Source: Candidatus Latescibacterota bacterium
GTDB lineage: Bacteria; Latescibacterota; UBA2968
Length of the DNA stretch: 64,000 nucleotides
Assembly (NCBI GenBank): GCA_965204375.1
Contig: OZ241986.1
Location: 1,760,001 to 1,824,000 of the forward strand
Direction: 5' to 3'
Below are positions 60,318 through 64,000 of the stretch, piece by piece; position 1 is the first letter of the stretch; each line of letters starts with the position of its first letter. The translations under genes were made by a program, and so were the position numbers. The notes under the pieces were generated by a model that saw nothing but the letters and a program-made list of their open reading frames with translations, had not been told where the DNA came from and searched no databases.

Positions 60318-61097
60318 TTACTCAGCCGTTGGATCAAAGCCTTCAATACGCCCTTCCTGAATCTCGATCTCATCGCGGCGTCTCACCCGCTCAACCTGCC
60401 CATCGCGCAAATCGACCACGCGATCCGACACGCCGAGCATCTTGTGGTCGTGGGTATTGGTCACAATGGTCACACCGCTTTCGCCCTGCATCTTGAGCAA
60501 CAACTCGATAATTTCCTGCCCGGTCTTCAAATCGAGATTTCCTGTCGGCTCATCGGCCAAAATCAAATCGGGATCATTGGCCATAGCCCTGGCAATTGCC
60601 ACGCGCTGCTGCTGCCCACCTGATAGTTCGTAAGGTTTGTGGTGCAGACGGTCAGAAAGGCCCACCAGCGACAATTTGTGTGCTGCTTTCTCTTCGTAAT
60701 CTTTGCGCGACATACCCGAAAACACCATGGGCAAAGCCACATTTTCAAGCGCCGTCATCACGGGAATCAGGTTAAACGACTGAAAAATATACCCCACACT
60801 GTGACAGCGCAAATAGGCAATTTGCCCCTGGCTCATATCGCCCATATTGGCACCATTGACCAATACGGTTCCCTTAGTGGGCGTATCCAATGCCCCGACC
60901 ATGTTAAACATCGTGGTTTTGCCTGATCCCGAAGGACCCATAATGGACAAATACTCACCGCGAATCACATCGAGGTTCACGCCTTGCAGGGCATGCACTT
61001 CCTGGTCGCCCATCCGATAGGTCTTCCAGACCCCTTGAACTTTGATAATATAATCTTCAGCATCAACCTGTTGTTCAGCAGCCGATTCCTGAGCCAT
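60318..61097 (-). CDS. ABC transporter ATP-binding protein (LolD/MacB type), stand-alone
   Basis: GPSGSGKT, YIFQSFNL, LSGGQQQR, ILADEPTGNLD, THD. Confidence 0.93.
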   Translation of the reverse strand: MAQESAAEQQVDAEDYIIKVQGVWKTYRMGDQEVHALQGVNLDVIRGEYLSIMGPSGSGKTTMFNMVGALDTPTKGTVLVNGANMGDMSQGQIAYLRCHSVGYIFQSFNLIPVMTALENVALPMVFSGMSRKDYEEKAAHKLSLVGLSDRLHHKPYELSGGQQQRVAIARAMANDPDLILADEPTGNLDLKTGQEIIELLLKMQGESGVTIVTNTHDHKMLGVSDRVVDLRDGQVERVRRRDEIEIQEGRIEGFDPTAE

Positions 61098-61287
61098 TGT
61101 GTTCTCCTCTGAAACAATAAAGTTCACCATTGAACTCACGTATGGTAGCGAAAACCCATGGGCATGTCAAGCCATTTTAATCGCAATAAAATTCTACGTG
61201 ATTCCAAAAGCGTCTTCTACTATATTCTTAGCCTAATTTTCCTATAGACCTCTCGCATCACCAAAACCAATACGAAAGGACCGCATC

Positions 61288-62112
61288 ATGAAACTCGCAG
61301 TATGCAATGAATTTTTCGAAGATTGGAAAATCGAGGACGTCTTTAACTACGCAGCGGAAATTGGCTGTGACGGCGTTGAACTCGCGCCTTTTACACTCGC
61401 GGAAAGCGTCACGCAAATCTCTGCCAAACAGCGCGGCGACATTCGCAAAGCCGCAGAAAAAGCCGGCGTAGAAATCGTTGGCCTGCACTGGCTACTCGCC
61501 AGTCCCCCAGGGCTTTATCTCACACACCCGGACAAAGCCATCCGCGACAAAACTGAGGACTATATCAAAGCATTGATCAACTTCTGCGGCGATCTGGGCG
61601 GACAGGTTATGATCCACGGCTCACCGGCACAGCGCAACATCCAAAAAGGCTGGGACCGCGAAGAATGCTGGAAATACGCCGTCGATGTCTTTTCAAACTG
61701 CACCGCAGAAATGCAACAAAACAACGTCACCTATTGCATCGAAGCACTCACGGGCAAAGAGACCAATATATTGAACTCCATCTCTGAAGCCCTCAAAATG
61801 GTTGCCGATATCGGTCACCCAAATTTCCAGACCATGGTCGATACCAAAGCCGCAGCCGCTGAAACCAAACCCCATGTGGATGTAATCGCCGAAGCCGGCA
61901 AAGCCATGCGCCATGTCCATGTCAACGACCCCAATTTGCGCGGTCCGGGATTTGGCGACTTGCAATTTGCATCCATCCTCCGCGCCCTCAAAGACCGCCA
62001 CTACGATGGTTATATATCCGTAGAAGTCTTTGACTTCAAACCCGATGCACAAACCATTGCCGCACGCAGCATTGGATATCTGAAAGGTATTTTGGAAGGG
62101 TTGGAAGTATGA
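61288..62112 (+). CDS. Sugar phosphate isomerase/epimerase (ketose 3-epimerase-like TIM barrel)
   Basis: DGVELAP, CIEAL, MVDT, HVHVND, ISVEVF. Confidence 0.88.
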   Translation: MKLAVCNEFFEDWKIEDVFNYAAEIGCDGVELAPFTLAESVTQISAKQRGDIRKAAEKAGVEIVGLHWLLASPPGLYLTHPDKAIRDKTEDYIKALINFCGDLGGQVMIHGSPAQRNIQKGWDREECWKYAVDVFSNCTAEMQQNNVTYCIEALTGKETNILNSISEALKMVADIGHPNFQTMVDTKAAAAETKPHVDVIAEAGKAMRHVHVNDPNLRGPGFGDLQFASILRALKDRHYDGYISVEVFDFKPDAQTIAARSIGYLKGILEGLEV

Positions 62113-62216
62113 AGGGTGAAGTTTGAAGTGTGAAGAAACTCCCGCTCTGGGGTGGTGTTGGGTGGACTTCTCACTTCCCACTTCTCACTTCCCACTTCTC
62201 ACTTCCCACTTCTCAT
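62110..62216. repeat. Heptamer-repeat intergenic element
   Basis: (TGAAG..)x4 at 62110-62135 and alternating CTTCTCA/CTTCCCA x7 at 62167-62215. Confidence 0.8.
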
Positions 62217-62285
62217 TTAACCCCGGCAGAACCCGCCTGCGCGACCTGATTCCGCACGGGACGAGGTGCCTGTTGTTTGGCTTTA

Positions 62286-63131
62286 TCAATCATCAGAACC
62301 TCCGCGTTCTGGCAACCGCTCTGCCACAAAACCCAATTCTTCTTTAATCCGACTCACATCGTAAACACTATCGTATTCATGCCCGGGCCGTTCAAAATGC
62401 GACAGATCCACCTCGTCGCCCCACCAGGCGCGAAAAATCTCCGCCACGGGGACGGCAACCCACGCCTTTGGACCCGCGGCATTCATGATGCGAACCCCAG
62501 GTTTGTGCGGTGATTCTGCAGACAGCGTGAATACACGAACTGCATCTGGCAAATCCATAATGGTCATGCTACCCAGACCCCACTGTCGCGTCGGAGAAAT
62601 ATCGCGCAAAGGCGGCAAGCCAGCGTGCGGCACTGAAGACAGACGCAAATTAATCACATCGATATCGCCATTTTGCCGCGCATAGAACTTTGTGATCTCC
62701 TCCATCAAAAATTTTGACAAACCATACCCATTGAGATCCAGACATGGGTGTTCATCGGGAATCGGCAATGTCTGTGGACGAAAAGCCGGATTCTGCATCC
62801 CAACCGCTGCGATCGAACTCGCCATCACAAATTTGCGGCATCCGCGATCCATCAAATAGCGCATCAAACACCGCGTACCCTCTACATTGACAATCAGCGC
62901 GTCGCGCTCCGAACAACCACCGGTCACAGCCGCGAGATGAATCACCACATCAATCGCCTCATCATTGAGCTGTTGCAAATCTTCAAAAGAGCCAAACTCG
63001 CCGTTCACATAGGGCAAATCCAACTCTGGATTTTTTCGACTCATACAAATCACCCTGTGCTCTTTCGCCATCGAGACCGACAGTGCCCGACCGATAAAAC
63101 CACTCGCTCCAGTAATCAGTACTGTACTCAC
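62286..63131 (-). CDS. NAD-dependent epimerase/dehydratase
   Basis: LITGASGFIG, HLAA, MASS, YGLSK. Confidence 0.88.
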   Translation of the reverse strand: MSTVLITGASGFIGRALSVSMAKEHRVICMSRKNPELDLPYVNGEFGSFEDLQQLNDEAIDVVIHLAAVTGGCSERDALIVNVEGTRCLMRYLMDRGCRKFVMASSIAAVGMQNPAFRPQTLPIPDEHPCLDLNGYGLSKFLMEEITKFYARQNGDIDVINLRLSSVPHAGLPPLRDISPTRQWGLGSMTIMDLPDAVRVFTLSAESPHKPGVRIMNAAGPKAWVAVPVAEIFRAWWGDEVDLSHFERPGHEYDSVYDVSRIKEELGFVAERLPERGGSDD

Positions 63132-63144
63132 AATCCCTCCTCAT

Positions 63145-64000
63145 TTAATCGCTAAAAATATCACTCGCCCCACTCAAAACATCTGCGATAACCTCCCCCT
63201 CTTTCATCACCATCTTCACCTGCCGCAAGCAGGCAATATCTTCAAGTGGATTGCCGTCCAATACAATCACATCTGCGAACATCCCAATGCCAAGATGTCC
63301 AACGCAATCCGCCATGCCCAACATTTCAGCCGTATTCGTCGTTACCGCCTTCAGCGCATCCACTTCTGACACACCCAGCCCAACGAGTTCTTTTGCCTCG
63401 CGCCAGAGCGTCGCATGCGTGCTATCGGTCCCCAAACACACTTTCACACCCGCCCGCACGGCTTCGGGAAGATATTTTGCCGTCAAATCGCGCGCGCGTT
63501 CCACCCGCTCGCGCCACCAATCCCACGCCCACGTATCAAAAGACGCAAAACCCACTTCATCGTCGAAAAACAGTTGCAAATTTGGATCGCTCAAATACGC
63601 GCCCGATTTTACAAATAAAGCCACATCATCTTCGGTCAGCAAATTGGCGTGTTCAATACTATCGATCCCCGCTTCCATTGCCCAGCGCATTGCTGGCCCA
63701 CCAATCGCGTGTGCGGCCACCGGAATTCCCAGATCGTGTGAAACAGCAATCGCCGCATCAATTTCCCGCCTCGAATACGCCGCCACATCTGTCAAATCGC
63801 CTCGAATATAGTCCTGATACGAATCGCCCTGCCGCACATTGGTAATAAATAACTTGGTCCAATCTGCCCCCTGAGAAAAATTCTCTCTGATTTTTAATGC
63901 CAGATCTTCTTCTCCATCCGCGGGAAAACACAAAAAAGGCGCGGTCCCATGACTCGGCCTCAATGCCCGCACACACACCTTCAACCTGGGCCCCACGGCT
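63145..64000 (-). CDS. Amidohydrolase family protein (5' end outside window)
   Basis: SHG, DWTKLF, VAAHAIG, SIEHA, LGTD, ADVIVLDGNPL. Confidence 0.88.
   Translation of the reverse strand, partial: AVGPRLKVCVRALRPSHGTAPFLCFPADGEEDLALKIRENFSQGADWTKLFITNVRQGDSYQDYIRGDLTDVAAYSRREIDAAIAVSHDLGIPVAAHAIGGPAMRWAMEAGIDSIEHANLLTEDDVALFVKSGAYLSDPNLQLFFDDEVGFASFDTWAWDWWRERVERARDLTAKYLPEAVRAGVKVCLGTDSTHATLWREAKELVGLGVSEVDALKAVTTNTAEMLGMADCVGHLGIGMFADVIVLDGNPLEDIACLRQVKMVMKEGEVIADVLSGASDIFSD

Noticed and set aside
62110-62216. Repeat tracts as a CRISPR array
   Set aside because: They are contiguous heptamers without unique spacers, and no cas genes are present.

Overview
Bacterial chromosomal window of about 50% GC. 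The gene content (PhyH dioxygenases, Gfo/Idh/MocA and NAD-epimerase paralogues, a heparinase-II/III-like lyase, a DFDGNG-type EF-hand/dockerin-like module, DUF6785-like membrane proteins, intergenic heptamer repeats) suggests an uncultured Latescibacterota/Poribacteria-like lineage; this is inference only. The backbone is housekeeping and catabolic: larB, dusB, a dapF-like gene, a sulfite-oxidase family enzyme, amidohydrolases and tRNA-Phe. Two accessory/defence-like patches interrupt it. The first (~16.0-23.8 kb) holds a TA pair, two tandem dynamin-like GTPases, AT-rich small ORFs, an IS remnant and orphan antitoxins. The second (~29.5-39.8 kb) holds HicB, an AAA ATPase + DUF4276 pair, HigA, RelBE, and a ~1690-aa SF1 helicase-nuclease split by an intact IS3 with a GTAC target duplication. 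Highlights: (1) an uncharacterised three-gene membrane system (DUF6785-like, degenerate-M28/FtsX giant fusion, OPT-like protein with an apparently circularly permuted Ig-like insert) with a nearby orphan ABC ATPase and a sigma-54-driven periplasmic adaptor; (2) an exported selenoprotein peroxiredoxin-like gene (UxxC plus SECIS-like hairpin) that the ORF track splits in two; (3) a DapF homologue with both catalytic Cys replaced by Ser; (4) a recurring pattern of antitoxin-like genes whose partners are absent or reduced to stubs. All family calls are by eye from motifs; no searches were run.
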